DNA from: a virus | Taxonomy: Duplodnaviria > Heunggongvirae > Uroviricota > Caudoviricetes | Length of the DNA stretch: 64,000 bases | Virus record (IMG/VR): IMGVR_UViG_3300025011_000026 | Reading direction: 5' to 3' (one strand) | The notes under the pieces: model-generated | The model's input: the letters and a program-made list of their open reading frames with translations, nothing else | Told to the model about the DNA's origin: nothing | The model's database searches: none | Program-made: the position numbers and the translations under genes | Shown here: positions 35,974 to 45,827 of the stretch, piece by piece | Position numbering within the stretch: the stretch's first letter is position 1 | Layout of the letters: every line of letters starts with the position of its first letter

Positions 35974-37965
35974 ATGAGCGACAAAATAACCGTACTATCA
36001 TACAAACAAAAGGCCAGAGAAAGAATTAATGTCTTTCATGGTTCAGCAAATCATTTTTTGAACATGGTGAAAGAATTGATCGCAAATAGTTTCGACATAT
36101 TTAGCAAAGACAAACTAAATACTATTAAAATTATATTACATAATGAAAATAAAATTGAATATATTGATTCTGGAATAGGCATTCCAATTGAGGGTATTGC
36201 TAGTGATGGTAGTCCTAGTTATCAAGCTATATTTGAAAGAGATTTTGCAGGAAGTAGATACGGCAATACAGAGCAAACAGCAGGTCAAAATGGCATATTT
36301 TTGTATACCCTAACAATGACATCAGAAGATATTGAATACTTTATAGCTAGACCAGATGGAAATTTATACAATATAAAATATCATAAAGGAGATATGGTAT
36401 CAGATTTAAAAATTATAGGTAAGGAGGAAACTACTTATTCAAGAATGATATTTTCACTTGATGGAGAAGTATGGAATAATCCTAAATTTATATTTCAAGA
36501 AATATGTGATATAGCACAAACACAGTCTTCATTATGTAATGTAAAAATTACAATAGAAGACAAAGAGAATAACTTAACAAATGAATTTTACTATGAAAAT
36601 GGGATATTAGATTACTTTAATGACACAACTCAAAACAAAGATATTGTTACAGATCAAATTAGGATTTCCCAAATTAAAAAACCAACAATAGAGAAGGTGA
36701 TCAAAGGAATCCCTAAAAAAATTGAAGATATTGTTTCGATTGATTTTATATTTTCTTATTCAAATGATTCTAATGAAGACTTTAAAAAAGAGTTTTTAAA
36801 TACTGCTGATTTATTGTTGCATGGAACAATTCAAGATGGTATATATGCTGGATTAAAAAATTGTATCAACAAATGGTTAAAAGATAATGGAAAATATGCT
36901 AAAAATGAAAAACAAATATCTATTGATGATATTTCCACAGGACTAAACTATATTTGTAACGTATTTAGTTATTATGTAGAATATGATAATCAAATTAAGC
37001 AGAAAACATCAGCAAAGCACTATAAAACTGTTTTACAAGAAACAATTGAAGAATTTATGGAAATATATTTTATTGAAAATAAAGAGGAAAGTGAGAAATT
37101 AGCCAATGCAATCCTCTTAAACAAAAGAATCCGTGAAAAATCTGAAATCAATAGGAAAAATATCAAGAAAGAATTAGAAGAGAAAATAACTAATCAAGTT
37201 AATAGACCTGCTAAATTTGTACCATGTAGAAGCAAAAATCCTTTAGAAATAAAATTCACATTGATTGAAGGTGATTCTTCCTTAAATAGTGTCAAATTAG
37301 CTCGTAATGCTTATGATACTTGTATTTTACCATTGAAAGGGAAACCGATAAATCCTTTTAAATGTAAAATAGATGCTTTATTAAATAATGAAGAAATAAA
37401 ATCTATTTTTAAAATATTGGGTTGTGGTATGGAATATAAAGGTAAATCTATAAAAGGAGTTCCTAAATTTAATATTGACAACTTACAAGTTGATAGAGTA
37501 CAGATTGCGACAGATTTTGACAATGATGGTTATCACATACAAGCATTATTGATTGGTATATTTTATACTTTATCACCTGAACTATTAAAACAGGGTAAAA
37601 TTTATATTCTTTATACTCCTTTATACGTAATCAAAACAAAAAAGCAGACAGAATACAAAAATGAAATCACAGATACTTTATTAGCTTATAGTGAAATGGA
37701 AAGGAATGAAATTGTAAATAAACTTCATGATGAAGATATTTCATTCAAAGAAACAAGGTTTAAAGGATTAGGAGGGTTACCTGTTTCTATCATGTCAAAA
37801 GCATTAAGTGAAAACAGTATGATTATGAAACAAATAACTATGGATGACGTTGAAGAAAGTAAAAAATGGTTAGAATTATTCCTATCAGAAGAAAAATTAA
37901 AAGATAGAAAAGAATATATTGAAACTCATGGTAATAAATATTTCGACTATTCTTTGTTTGAATAA
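35974..37965 (+). CDS. type II DNA topoisomerase, ATPase/Toprim subunit (GyrB/ParE/T4 gp39-like)
   Basis: GHKL motifs ELIANSFD and DSGIGIP. Toprim EGDSS, PLKGKPINP and IATDFDNDGYHI. Confidence 0.8.
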   Translation: MSDKITVLSYKQKARERINVFHGSANHFLNMVKELIANSFDIFSKDKLNTIKIILHNENKIEYIDSGIGIPIEGIASDGSPSYQAIFERDFAGSRYGNTEQTAGQNGIFLYTLTMTSEDIEYFIARPDGNLYNIKYHKGDMVSDLKIIGKEETTYSRMIFSLDGEVWNNPKFIFQEICDIAQTQSSLCNVKITIEDKENNLTNEFYYENGILDYFNDTTQNKDIVTDQIRISQIKKPTIEKVIKGIPKKIEDIVSIDFIFSYSNDSNEDFKKEFLNTADLLLHGTIQDGIYAGLKNCINKWLKDNGKYAKNEKQISIDDISTGLNYICNVFSYYVEYDNQIKQKTSAKHYKTVLQETIEEFMEIYFIENKEESEKLANAILLNKRIREKSEINRKNIKKELEEKITNQVNRPAKFVPCRSKNPLEIKFTLIEGDSSLNSVKLARNAYDTCILPLKGKPINPFKCKIDALLNNEEIKSIFKILGCGMEYKGKSIKGVPKFNIDNLQVDRVQIATDFDNDGYHIQALLIGIFYTLSPELLKQGKIYILYTPLYVIKTKKQTEYKNEITDTLLAYSEMERNEIVNKLHDEDISFKETRFKGLGGLPVSIMSKALSENSMIMKQITMDDVEESKKWLELFLSEEKLKDRKEYIETHGNKYFDYSLFE

Positions 37966-37982
37966 AGGAGGATTATATCAAT

Positions 37983-40175
37983 TTGGCAAACATTACAAAA
38001 ATAGAAGCAGGATTGCATACAAAAGAATCTTATATGCCTTATGCTATGAGTACAATATTAGATAGAGCATTACCTGATGTTAGGGATGGCATGAAACCAA
38101 TCCATAGAAGAGTTCTTTATTCTATGTATAAAGCTGGAATTACATATGATAAAGATAGGGCAAAGACAACTGAACCTATTGCAGAAACAATGAAAATACA
38201 TCATCATGGAGACGCTTCTATTTTGGAAGCTCTTGCTTTAATGACTGAGCAAAATGAATCATTGTTACATCCGTATATTGATGGAGAAGGTGCTTTTGGA
38301 AAAGTTTATTCAAAAGATAGTCCATCAGCCCCAAGATACACATATTGCAGATTAAATAAATTCTCTGAAGAATATTTTAAAGATGTTGATAATGGAGTTA
38401 TTCAATTAATTGGTGAAGACAAAAAACACTTACAACCAATTGTTTTAAGTTCTAGTTTTCCTAATATTCTTATTAAAAATAATTCTGGAATCGCTTGTGC
38501 TGAGGCATGTAATTTCCCTAGTTTTAATTTGTCAGAAGTGTGTGATACAACAATTGAATATATCAAAGATGAGAATGTCTATTTGCTAAACACATTAAAA
38601 GCTGTAGATTTTTCTACTAGAGGAGAATTAATTTACAATGAAAATGACTTGAATAAAATATATGATACAGGTCAAGGATCAATTCTACTAAGATCAAAAT
38701 ACACTTATGACAAAACCAATAATTGTATAGATGTATATGAAATTCCATATAGTACAACTGTTGATACTATAATATCTAAAATTACTGATTTAATTAAAAA
38801 AGACAGTGGTTTTAAAGATATTTTAGATATTAGAGATGAGACTGGATTTAATACAAAAACAAGCAAAGAAGAAATGAAGATTACAATTGATGTAAAAAAG
38901 AATACAGATGTGGATTTGTTAATGAAAAAACTTTTTAAGAAGACTCCATTGCAATCATATTTTTCAGCAAATATGAATTGTTTGGTTGATTATAAACCAA
39001 AAGTATTAGGCATTAAACAAATACTTGATGAGTGGCTTAAATTCAGATATGAGTGTGTTAATAAAGGATTAGAATATAATATTAATACATTATCAGGTAA
39101 ATTACATTTACTCAAAGGATTAGAGAAAGCATTATTGGATATTGATAGTGTTATTGCAATTGTTAGAAATTCTGAAAATGATAATAATGCCATACAAAAA
39201 TTAATGAACAAATTTAATATTGATAATGAACAATCTGAACATATAGTTGATATAAAATTAAGAAACATAAACAAAAATTATATTGTCAATAAAATTAAAG
39301 ATATTCAATTATTTGAACAAAATATCAACGACTTAAAATACAAGCATGATAATAAAGAAGAAATTGATAAAATTATTATTGATGATTTGGAAAGAATTAA
39401 GAAAGCATATGGCGTACCTCGTAAAACAGAAATAATTTACTCAGATTCAATGGAAGATGTATCAGAAGTGCAATTGATCGAAGATTATAATATCAGATAT
39501 TATTTAACCAATGATGGTTATTTAAAGAAAATTCCTTTGACATCATTAAGAGGAAGTTCTGAGCATAAATTAAAGGAAAAAGATTATATTATGTCTGAAA
39601 TTGATTCAACTAATAAATCTGATTTACTTTTATTCTCTAACAAAGGAATAGCATATAAATTAAAATCATATGAATTGCCTGATACAAAAATATCAAATCA
39701 AGGAGAATATTTGTCCAATATCATTGACTTAGACAAAGATGAAAAAATAATATATATGATTTCTACTACAGACTACTCAGGTTATTTATTACTTGCTTTT
39801 AAAAATGGTAAAATTGCTAAGATTAATTTATCCTCATATGCTACAAAAACAAACAGGAGTAAATTAATTAATGCTTATAGTACAGATAGTGAAATTGTAA
39901 ATATGTTACATTTAGAAAAAGATGTTGATTTATTGTGCAAGAGTAGTATTAATAAGGTATTAATTATTAATACAAATCAAATTGCAGTTAAATCAAGTAA
40001 GATGAGCGTAGGGGTAAGTGTATTGAAGAGTAAGAATGAAAGTTGTATGGATTTATGTGTTTTGTTGGAGGTGGTTAGTGGATTAGATGATGAGGGAATT
40101 AAGTATTATAGTGGGAATGTTAATTCTGTTGGGAATTATTTGAAAAAGGGAGATGTTATTAATGTTGTAAGGTGA
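37983..40175 (+). CDS. type II DNA topoisomerase, DNA-cleavage subunit (GyrA/ParC-like)
   Basis: RALPDVRDGMKPIHRRVLYSM, HHHGDAS, and active-site Tyr context SAPRYTYCRL. SD AAGGAGG then TTG. Confidence 0.85.
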   Translation: MANITKIEAGLHTKESYMPYAMSTILDRALPDVRDGMKPIHRRVLYSMYKAGITYDKDRAKTTEPIAETMKIHHHGDASILEALALMTEQNESLLHPYIDGEGAFGKVYSKDSPSAPRYTYCRLNKFSEEYFKDVDNGVIQLIGEDKKHLQPIVLSSSFPNILIKNNSGIACAEACNFPSFNLSEVCDTTIEYIKDENVYLLNTLKAVDFSTRGELIYNENDLNKIYDTGQGSILLRSKYTYDKTNNCIDVYEIPYSTTVDTIISKITDLIKKDSGFKDILDIRDETGFNTKTSKEEMKITIDVKKNTDVDLLMKKLFKKTPLQSYFSANMNCLVDYKPKVLGIKQILDEWLKFRYECVNKGLEYNINTLSGKLHLLKGLEKALLDIDSVIAIVRNSENDNNAIQKLMNKFNIDNEQSEHIVDIKLRNINKNYIVNKIKDIQLFEQNINDLKYKHDNKEEIDKIIIDDLERIKKAYGVPRKTEIIYSDSMEDVSEVQLIEDYNIRYYLTNDGYLKKIPLTSLRGSSEHKLKEKDYIMSEIDSTNKSDLLLFSNKGIAYKLKSYELPDTKISNQGEYLSNIIDLDKDEKIIYMISTTDYSGYLLLAFKNGKIAKINLSSYATKTNRSKLINAYSTDSEIVNMLHLEKDVDLLCKSSINKVLIINTNQIAVKSSKMSVGVSVLKSKNESCMDLCVLLEVVSGLDDEGIKYYSGNVNSVGNYLKKGDVINVVR

Positions 40176-40275
40176 TTATGTAAGTGATAAATAATTTTTA
40201 TGTTGTGTTTAATTATTAGTTAAAAGTATATAGCATTGATTGATAAATATAATAAATGAAAGAAGGAATTAATAA

Positions 40276-40902
40276 ATGAAAATTATTAAAGCAAGCGTAG
40301 AAGTATTAGACCAAATTAATGGAGATGAAATCCTTAAACATATTGAAATAGTCGGACGAACTTGTTACAAAAGTGAAGATAAAATAACTCCCGACTCGTC
40401 ACGTAAATTCGTTGCAGACCTAATTAAAAGGAGTCATGAGGCTATGATTGAGCACTTCAATATCTCTGTTAAGTTTATTTGCGATAGAGGTGTTACACAT
40501 GAAATTGTAAGACATAGAATAGCTTCTTATGCTCAAGAAAGTACAAGATATTGTAATTATAATCAAGAGAAATTTGGTAAAGAAATTACAGTAATTAAAC
40601 CTTTATTTTGGGATGATGGTTCTAAATTATATCAATCTTGGAGAATAGGATGCCTACAAGCTGAGATTACATATTTTGAATTATTAGCGTTAGGAGCAAG
40701 TCCTCAAGAAGCACGATCAGTATTACCTAATTCCCTTAAAACCGAAATTGTTGTTACTATGAATCTTAGAGAATTGAGGCATTTCTTTAGATTAAGAACT
40801 GCTAAAACAGCTCATCCTCAAATGCGCGAAGTTGCTATTATGTTATTAGAAGAATTAAAAAATAAAATTCCTGTAATTTTTGATGACATTGAGGTGAAAT
40901 AA
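40276..40902 (+). CDS. thyX: flavin-dependent thymidylate synthase
   Basis: ThyX signature RHRIASYAQESTRY. 208 aa. Confidence 0.85.
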   Translation: MKIIKASVEVLDQINGDEILKHIEIVGRTCYKSEDKITPDSSRKFVADLIKRSHEAMIEHFNISVKFICDRGVTHEIVRHRIASYAQESTRYCNYNQEKFGKEITVIKPLFWDDGSKLYQSWRIGCLQAEITYFELLALGASPQEARSVLPNSLKTEIVVTMNLRELRHFFRLRTAKTAHPQMREVAIMLLEELKNKIPVIFDDIEVK

Positions 40903-40903
40903 T

Positions 40904-42463
40904 TTGAATAAATTAAAAAATAAAATTGTTGTAGTTAGTGGTTTTAGTGCTTGTGTTGATGGGGATACAGAATATTTCAATGGTACGAGATGGATAAAAA
41001 TAAAAGATTATTCTGAAGGGGATGAGGTTTTACAATATCATTCAGATGGGACTACAAATTTAACATATCCACAAAAATATATCAAAGAACCTTGTAAAGA
41101 AATGTGGTATTTTAGAACGAAACATGGATTAAATCAATGTTTAACAGATGAACATGAAGTTTATTACATTACATCAAAAAATAATTTATATCATAAGACG
41201 TTTAAGGAGATAAGAGAGCAACATAATTCTAATAAAAATGGTTTTAGTGGTAAATTCATAACTACTTTCAATTATGGAGGGAAAGGAATTGAATTAACTG
41301 ACAATGAGATAAAATTAATGTGTGCTGTAATTTGTGATTCTTCTTTTCCAAACGGTACAAATAAATGTTTTTTTAATCTTAAAAAAGATAGAAAAAAAAA
41401 TGCTTTAAGAAAATTACTTAAAGAAATGAATTACGAATGGGAGGAAAAAGAATATGACTCAATGAAGGGGTATACAAGATTTTTCTTAAATGCTCCAAGA
41501 AAAGAAAAGGAATTTTCCCCATACTGGTATAATTGTAATCAGCACCAACTCAAAATAATTTGTGACAACATTATTCAATGGGATGGTAGTACATCCAGTG
41601 ATAGTATAAGATTTTTCTCTACTTCAAAAGATACTGCTGATTTTATTCAATTTGCTTTTTCGGCTTGTGGAATAAGAGCGAATTTATTAGAAAATGATAG
41701 GAGGGGAAGAATAAAGTATAATGAGACGACAAATAAAGAATATATTACTAAATCTATTGATTATGTGATAAATATTTGCAATAGTAAATTATTATCATTA
41801 ATAAGAGATAAAAATAAAAAAATCGAATTTAGCAAATACATAACTAAAGATGGATTTAAATATTGCTTTACAGTACCTAGTGGAATTTTAGTTTTAAGAA
41901 GAGATGGTTGTATATTTATAACTGGCAATTGTGGTAAAGACTCAATTCAAAAATACATATCTGATAATTACAATTACCAAATGGTGATATCACATTCATC
42001 TCGTCCTATGCGTCCAAATGAAGATGAAGGTAATCCATATTATTTCATTACAAGAAAACAATTTGAAGATATGATTAAACAAAATGAATTTATTGAGTGT
42101 AGGAAATATAATACACTTGTAAATAATGTGAATGATGTTTGGTATTATGGAGTTAGTAAAAATTCTATTGACTTAACAAAAAATAATTACATAGTAGTTC
42201 TGGATATTTTGGGATTAATAGAGATTAAAAAATATTTCAAAGATAATGTAATTTCATTCTTTATTGATGTTGATGAACCAATTAGAAAACAACGTGCTAT
42301 TAATCGACAAGGATTTGACCCCACAGAATGGGATAGGCGTTATCAAGATGATATTAAAAGCTTTTCTCAAGAAGTAATAAATAAAGAAGTTGATTATATT
42401 ATTGAGAATTATGATTTTGATAAATGTGTAAGTGAAATTCTTAGTAAGATTGGAGAGATTTAA
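40904..42463 (+). CDS. guanylate-kinase-like (d)NMP kinase interrupted by an intein
   Basis: Exteins join to VVVSGFSA|CGKDS (P-loop GxxxxGK). Downstream HSSRPMRPNEDEGNPYYFITRKQFEDMIKQNEFIE matches the guanylate kinase TTRxPRxGExDGxDYxF core. Confidence 0.7.
   Translation: MNKLKNKIVVVSGFSACVDGDTEYFNGTRWIKIKDYSEGDEVLQYHSDGTTNLTYPQKYIKEPCKEMWYFRTKHGLNQCLTDEHEVYYITSKNNLYHKTFKEIREQHNSNKNGFSGKFITTFNYGGKGIELTDNEIKLMCAVICDSSFPNGTNKCFFNLKKDRKKNALRKLLKEMNYEWEEKEYDSMKGYTRFFLNAPRKEKEFSPYWYNCNQHQLKIICDNIIQWDGSTSSDSIRFFSTSKDTADFIQFAFSACGIRANLLENDRRGRIKYNETTNKEYITKSIDYVINICNSKLLSLIRDKNKKIEFSKYITKDGFKYCFTVPSGILVLRRDGCIFITGNCGKDSIQKYISDNYNYQMVISHSSRPMRPNEDEGNPYYFITRKQFEDMIKQNEFIECRKYNTLVNNVNDVWYYGVSKNSIDLTKNNYIVVLDILGLIEIKKYFKDNVISFFIDVDEPIRKQRAINRQGFDPTEWDRRYQDDIKSFSQEVINKEVDYIIENYDFDKCVSEILSKIGEI
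40952..41929 (+). mobile_element. intein (326 aa) with LAGLIDADG-like endonuclease domain
   Basis: Starts with Cys1 (CVDGDT, block A). Block B is CLTDEH. Central KLMCAVICDSSF and FIQFAFSACGIRANL look like LAGLIDADG motifs. It ends ...FITGN, followed by +1 Cys. Residues 17-342 of the host ORF. Confidence 0.65.
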
Positions 42464-43042
42464 TTGATAGATAAAACTAAGTTATTTTTGGACTGTGATA
42501 ATTGTCTCACAGCAAGCACTAGAAGTTTTTGCGAATCTTACAACATTCTATACAAATATCATAAAGATTTTAAACCTGCAAATTGGGAACTAGTTAATGA
42601 GTGGAATATGCAAGATCAGTGTCCTATTCTTAAAACAGATTCAGATGTATTAGAAATATTTGAAACTCCAATATTCTTCAAATTACTCAAACTCATAAAC
42701 GACAATACATACGAAATAGCCAGAGAATTAAATGAAAAATATCATATAATTATAGCGTCAATTGGAACTCCGATTAATTTATCTAGGAAAGCAATGTATT
42801 TGCAAGAAACTTTGCCATTTATTAAAGACTATATTCTAATGTATAATAATGGGATAAAAATGAATAAAGAGATTATCCAAATGAATTATCCTGAATCAAT
42901 TTTTATAGATGACCATATATCAAATTTAATTTCAAGTAATGCAATAAATAAATATGTGTTTGGTAAGGATTATCCTTGGAGTAAAACAAATGATTATGAT
43001 AGATTATGGAATTGGACAGATGTTGCCAATAAATTGTTGTAA
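42464..43042 (+). CDS. HAD-family 5'(3')-deoxyribonucleotidase-like protein (NT5C type)
   Basis: N-terminal HAD motif I LFLDCDNCLT (DxDx). Late acidic FIDDH motif. Confidence 0.45.
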   Translation: MIDKTKLFLDCDNCLTASTRSFCESYNILYKYHKDFKPANWELVNEWNMQDQCPILKTDSDVLEIFETPIFFKLLKLINDNTYEIARELNEKYHIIIASIGTPINLSRKAMYLQETLPFIKDYILMYNNGIKMNKEIIQMNYPESIFIDDHISNLISSNAINKYVFGKDYPWSKTNDYDRLWNWTDVANKLL

Positions 43043-43077
43043 AAGTTAAAAATAAAATATATGGAGGTAATAATAAT

Positions 43078-43356
43078 ATGTGTAAAGACGAAAATGATGA
43101 CGAAAATAAAATTGAAGATTTTCTAGAATATGATGTTAGTAATATTGAGTGGTTAAGAGTTTGTAATTCTCAAATTCCCTATAGTGAATTATTGGATAAA
43201 AATGCATTAGGTGAGTATTTTAAAAATGAGAATAAGAAATATTGCGAACAAAATGGTTTATGTGAGATTTGCAGGAATCCTTTACAAGAACGTGTAGAAT
43301 ATGAAGATGGAATGATTAGTGAAAAATATTGGATTTGTAAATATGGATGCAATTAA
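43078..43356 (+). CDS. hypothetical Cys-rich protein
   Basis: SD TGGAGGTAA then ATG. CEIC ... CKYGC. Confidence 0.55.
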   Translation: MCKDENDDENKIEDFLEYDVSNIEWLRVCNSQIPYSELLDKNALGEYFKNENKKYCEQNGLCEICRNPLQERVEYEDGMISEKYWICKYGCN

Positions 43357-43519
43357 TAATTATCTAAAAGATGTAATAAAGAAATACGAAGATATACAAA
43401 AATGGAAGATAGAGAATAACTATTCTAATCTTTTGTTTGAAGATTATGGTACTCCTACTGATTATGAAGATTGGATTAATGAATTTACTAAATTTTGTAT
43501 AGAAATTAATCATAGATAA
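43343..43519 (+). CDS. hypothetical protein (start uncertain, GTG 43319 or ATG 43343)
   Basis: It overlaps the previous gene's end, and neither start has a clear SD. Confidence 0.4.
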   Translation: MDAINNYLKDVIKKYEDIQKWKIENNYSNLLFEDYGTPTDYEDWINEFTKFCIEINHR

Positions 43520-43594
43520 GGTACACTTAATCCTAATTATAAAAAATAAATTAAGTAATAAATAAAATTAAAAAACGAAAGAAGGATTTATATA

Positions 43595-44080
43595 ATGGCA
43601 AAATTTAAACAAATTGGTGGAAACCCTAAAGAAATCGCGTATGATGCAAAAGATATATTGATTTGGATGAAATGCTTAGAAAATAAATCTCATCCATCAT
43701 ATCTAATTACTCCTTATGCTGTAACGCATGTAAAATTAGGATGTCCATTGTGTGAAGGTAGAGAAGTTATTATTCCTTATCAAGTGAGATTTGGAATTAA
43801 ACTATACAATGATGATAGCAGTAATGGATCAGTTTTTGGTAGTAATTGTTATTTTACTACAATTAATGAAGCAAAAAATGAAGTAATGAATACATTTAAT
43901 ACAGCAATTAAGGAAATGTTTTCTGATGCAGAATGTGGTGAATTAATTATGGTTAGTGATTTAAAGTGTGATTGTGGATGTGGTTTTGAATCTGCTAAGT
44001 ATAAGGATGAGACAGAACTGGTTGGCAGAATGGAGGTAGAATTTGAGGGAGGGGAAGGGTATGTTGAGATTGTAAAGTGA
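43595..44080 (+). CDS. hypothetical Cys-motif protein
   Basis: SD AGAAGGA then ATG. CPLC and CDCGC motifs. Confidence 0.6.
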   Translation: MAKFKQIGGNPKEIAYDAKDILIWMKCLENKSHPSYLITPYAVTHVKLGCPLCEGREVIIPYQVRFGIKLYNDDSSNGSVFGSNCYFTTINEAKNEVMNTFNTAIKEMFSDAECGELIMVSDLKCDCGCGFESAKYKDETELVGRMEVEFEGGEGYVEIVK

Positions 44081-44087
44081 TAAGAAT

Positions 44088-44867
44088 CTACTTCTTTTTA
44101 ACAATTTCAGTAACTTTTAATTCAATAAAATACTCCTGATGATCTTCACTCAAAAACATAGACAATCTCTGTAGAAAGTTTTCTAATTCCAAGGTATTAA
44201 ATTTCCTCTTAATATTAATCAAAGCATTATTCACTTCAATTTCTTCTACTTTTTTTATAGAAGGAGTTGAAGTAAAATTTTTATCATTAATTTCTTTAAC
44301 ATCTTTATCATTTACCTGAGAAACATTAATATGTCTATTATATGCACGTTTCTTATGATCATCTTGTTCATTAATTTTAGGAAATCCTTTAGCAATTCTT
44401 TCATTGTTCAAATAATCTATGGCAGATTGACCAATAAAAACATTATTACCTTTCTTACTTTTTGCAACTTGCATTGTTAGAAAGTAAGAATTAAGAGAAA
44501 CTGATGAACATTTCCATTGTTTTACAATATCATGATTAGTATGAAGTCTTCTCAATTCTGCTAATGCTTTCTGACTATTTTCAAAATCCAGTGCTTCAAA
44601 TTCTGATTTAGGTGGAATTTCACCTGATTTAATCTTTTCTAGAAGTTCATTCATTTTCATTTCTCCAATCGTTGTTGAGTGAATTACTCCAGCGTTCATG
44701 ACAATTTTTCTTTCAATACCTGTTAAACTCTCAGAAGGGGTTCTTACTGATTCATGTTTTCTCAATCTTAATGCACGACCATGAATTCCATTTCCTGTTC
44801 TCTTTTGCTGTCGAATATCATCTTTTAACATTCTTTCAATTTCTGATTCTTGTTCATAGTCGAACAT
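44088..44867 (-). CDS. hypothetical protein downstream of the origin
   Basis: 259-aa ORF, the last gene of the minus-strand maintenance block. Basic N-terminus, no recognised motif. Confidence 0.55.
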   Translation of the reverse strand: MFDYEQESEIERMLKDDIRQQKRTGNGIHGRALRLRKHESVRTPSESLTGIERKIVMNAGVIHSTTIGEMKMNELLEKIKSGEIPPKSEFEALDFENSQKALAELRRLHTNHDIVKQWKCSSVSLNSYFLTMQVAKSKKGNNVFIGQSAIDYLNNERIAKGFPKINEQDDHKKRAYNRHINVSQVNDKDVKEINDKNFTSTPSIKKVEEIEVNNALINIKRKFNTLELENFLQRLSMFLSEDHQEYFIELKVTEIVKKK

Positions 44868-44946
44868 TCTGCACTAACTTTCTTTTTGCTACATAATTAT
44901 TGATGATACCATATCATGATGCTTATCTACTATCGGATAATTTTAC

Positions 44947-44956
44947 CTGTGGATAA
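44947..44956 (-). promoter_or_regulatory. DnaA box (perfect TTATCCACAG)
   Basis: The plus strand reads CTGTGGATAA. Confidence 0.6.
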
Positions 44957-45020
44957 CTTTCTAATAAAATGGTAATAATAGTAAGATATATACACCTTGT
45001 ATTAGTTTCTTTTGTGGGTC

Positions 45021-45124
45021 TAAAGTTTAGACTGGTCGGGTATAAAACTTAGACGGGTCTAGAATTTAGACAGGTGTTTTCTGTGGATAAGCATCATATA
45101 ACCAGTATAGAATTTAGACAGGTT
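45021..45124. repeat. iterons (4 direct repeats, core TTAGACnGGT)
   Basis: AGTTTAGACTGGTC, AACTTAGACGGGTC, TAGAATTTAGACAGGTG and TAGAATTTAGACAGGTT, with cores starting at 45027, 45049, 45066 and 45114. A variant TTCGACAGGTTGA lies at 45944-45956. Confidence 0.65.
45081..45090 (-). promoter_or_regulatory. DnaA box (perfect TTATCCACAG)
   Basis: The plus strand reads CTGTGGATAA, between iterons 3 and 4. Confidence 0.6.
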
Positions 45125-45130
45125 GACATT

Positions 45131-45523
45131 TTAACTATCTCTTTCTTCCATCATTTTTTCATATAATTTGTCTGCACTAATAACTCCTTCTTTAAAAGAT
45201 TGTTCAATAATTTCTGTTTCTTCTGAGCATAGAAAAATCATCTTTTTGATGTTGCCATTTACACCAGCACTTGCAGTCCACACATAACCATTCTCTTCTA
45301 GCCAATTCAATCCATTTATACAAGATTGGCGAGATAAACCAGTAAGTTTAATTAATTGAGAAATGCTGATCCAATCACCTGTTTTAGCAAATCCCCATGT
45401 TTTTCTAATCATTAAGAGATAAACCTTTAAAGCTGAGAAATTACTAATTCTAGGTATCAATTCATCAAATACAATATTAGGAACCTCCATATAATTTTTC
45501 TGTGGTTTAGGTAATCTGAACAT
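45131..45523 (-). CDS. replication initiator, phage_rep_O-like winged-helix protein
   Basis: YMEVPNIVFDELIPRISNFSALKVYLLMIRKTWGFAKTGDWISISQLIKLTGLSRQSCINGLNWLEENGY matches the N-terminal domain pattern of lambda-O-type and plasmid replication proteins. ATG 45523 has SD AAGGA. The TTG at 45559 in the track has none. Confidence 0.65.
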   Translation of the reverse strand: MFRLPKPQKNYMEVPNIVFDELIPRISNFSALKVYLLMIRKTWGFAKTGDWISISQLIKLTGLSRQSCINGLNWLEENGYVWTASAGVNGNIKKMIFLCSEETEIIEQSFKEGVISADKLYEKMMEERDS

Positions 45524-45570
45524 GTTTTCATCCTTCTTTCTAGCAATAAAAACAGGCAATGCTAGAAGAG

Positions 45571-45598
45571 TTGACGAATTTCTAAAAAATGATATAAT
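45571..45598 (+). promoter_or_regulatory. near-consensus promoter facing away from rep
   Basis: TTGACG, 16 nt, TATAAT. Confidence 0.55.
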
Positions 45599-45604
45599 GG
45601 GTAT

Positions 45605-45680
45605 ATAGAAATTTCATCTAGTCTTCTGGGTCTCCTAAAGCGATGTGTCGGCAAAACTCTACGCTTTAGGAGATTTTTCA
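45605..45680 (+). ncRNA. candidate small RNA 1 (promoter + terminator unit, no ORF)
   Basis: Perfect 12-bp stem TCTCCTAAAGCG/CGCTTTAGGAGA (45631-45673), then TTTTT. About 75 nt from the predicted start. Confidence 0.35.
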
Positions 45681-45793
45681 TTTGCTTATTTAATTTAAGT
45701 TAGTTACAACACAATAAAAAAGTTGATAGCATGTTCCATTACACACTACCAACTTTTGACATTCTTTTACTAAATTATTACCAAAATATAGAC

Positions 45794-45821
45794 TTGATTT
45801 TTTTCTATATCTGACTATAAT
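45794..45821 (+). promoter_or_regulatory. promoter
   Basis: TTGATT, 16 nt, TATAAT. Confidence 0.45.
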
Positions 45822-45827
45822 TAATAT

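Noticed and set aside
34840-35974. Group I intron housing the NUMOD endonuclease (and likewise the HNH gene at 19347).
   Set aside because: The flanking genes are complete, separate ORFs with their own starts and stops, and no split exon pair is apparent. The endonuclease genes appear free-standing.
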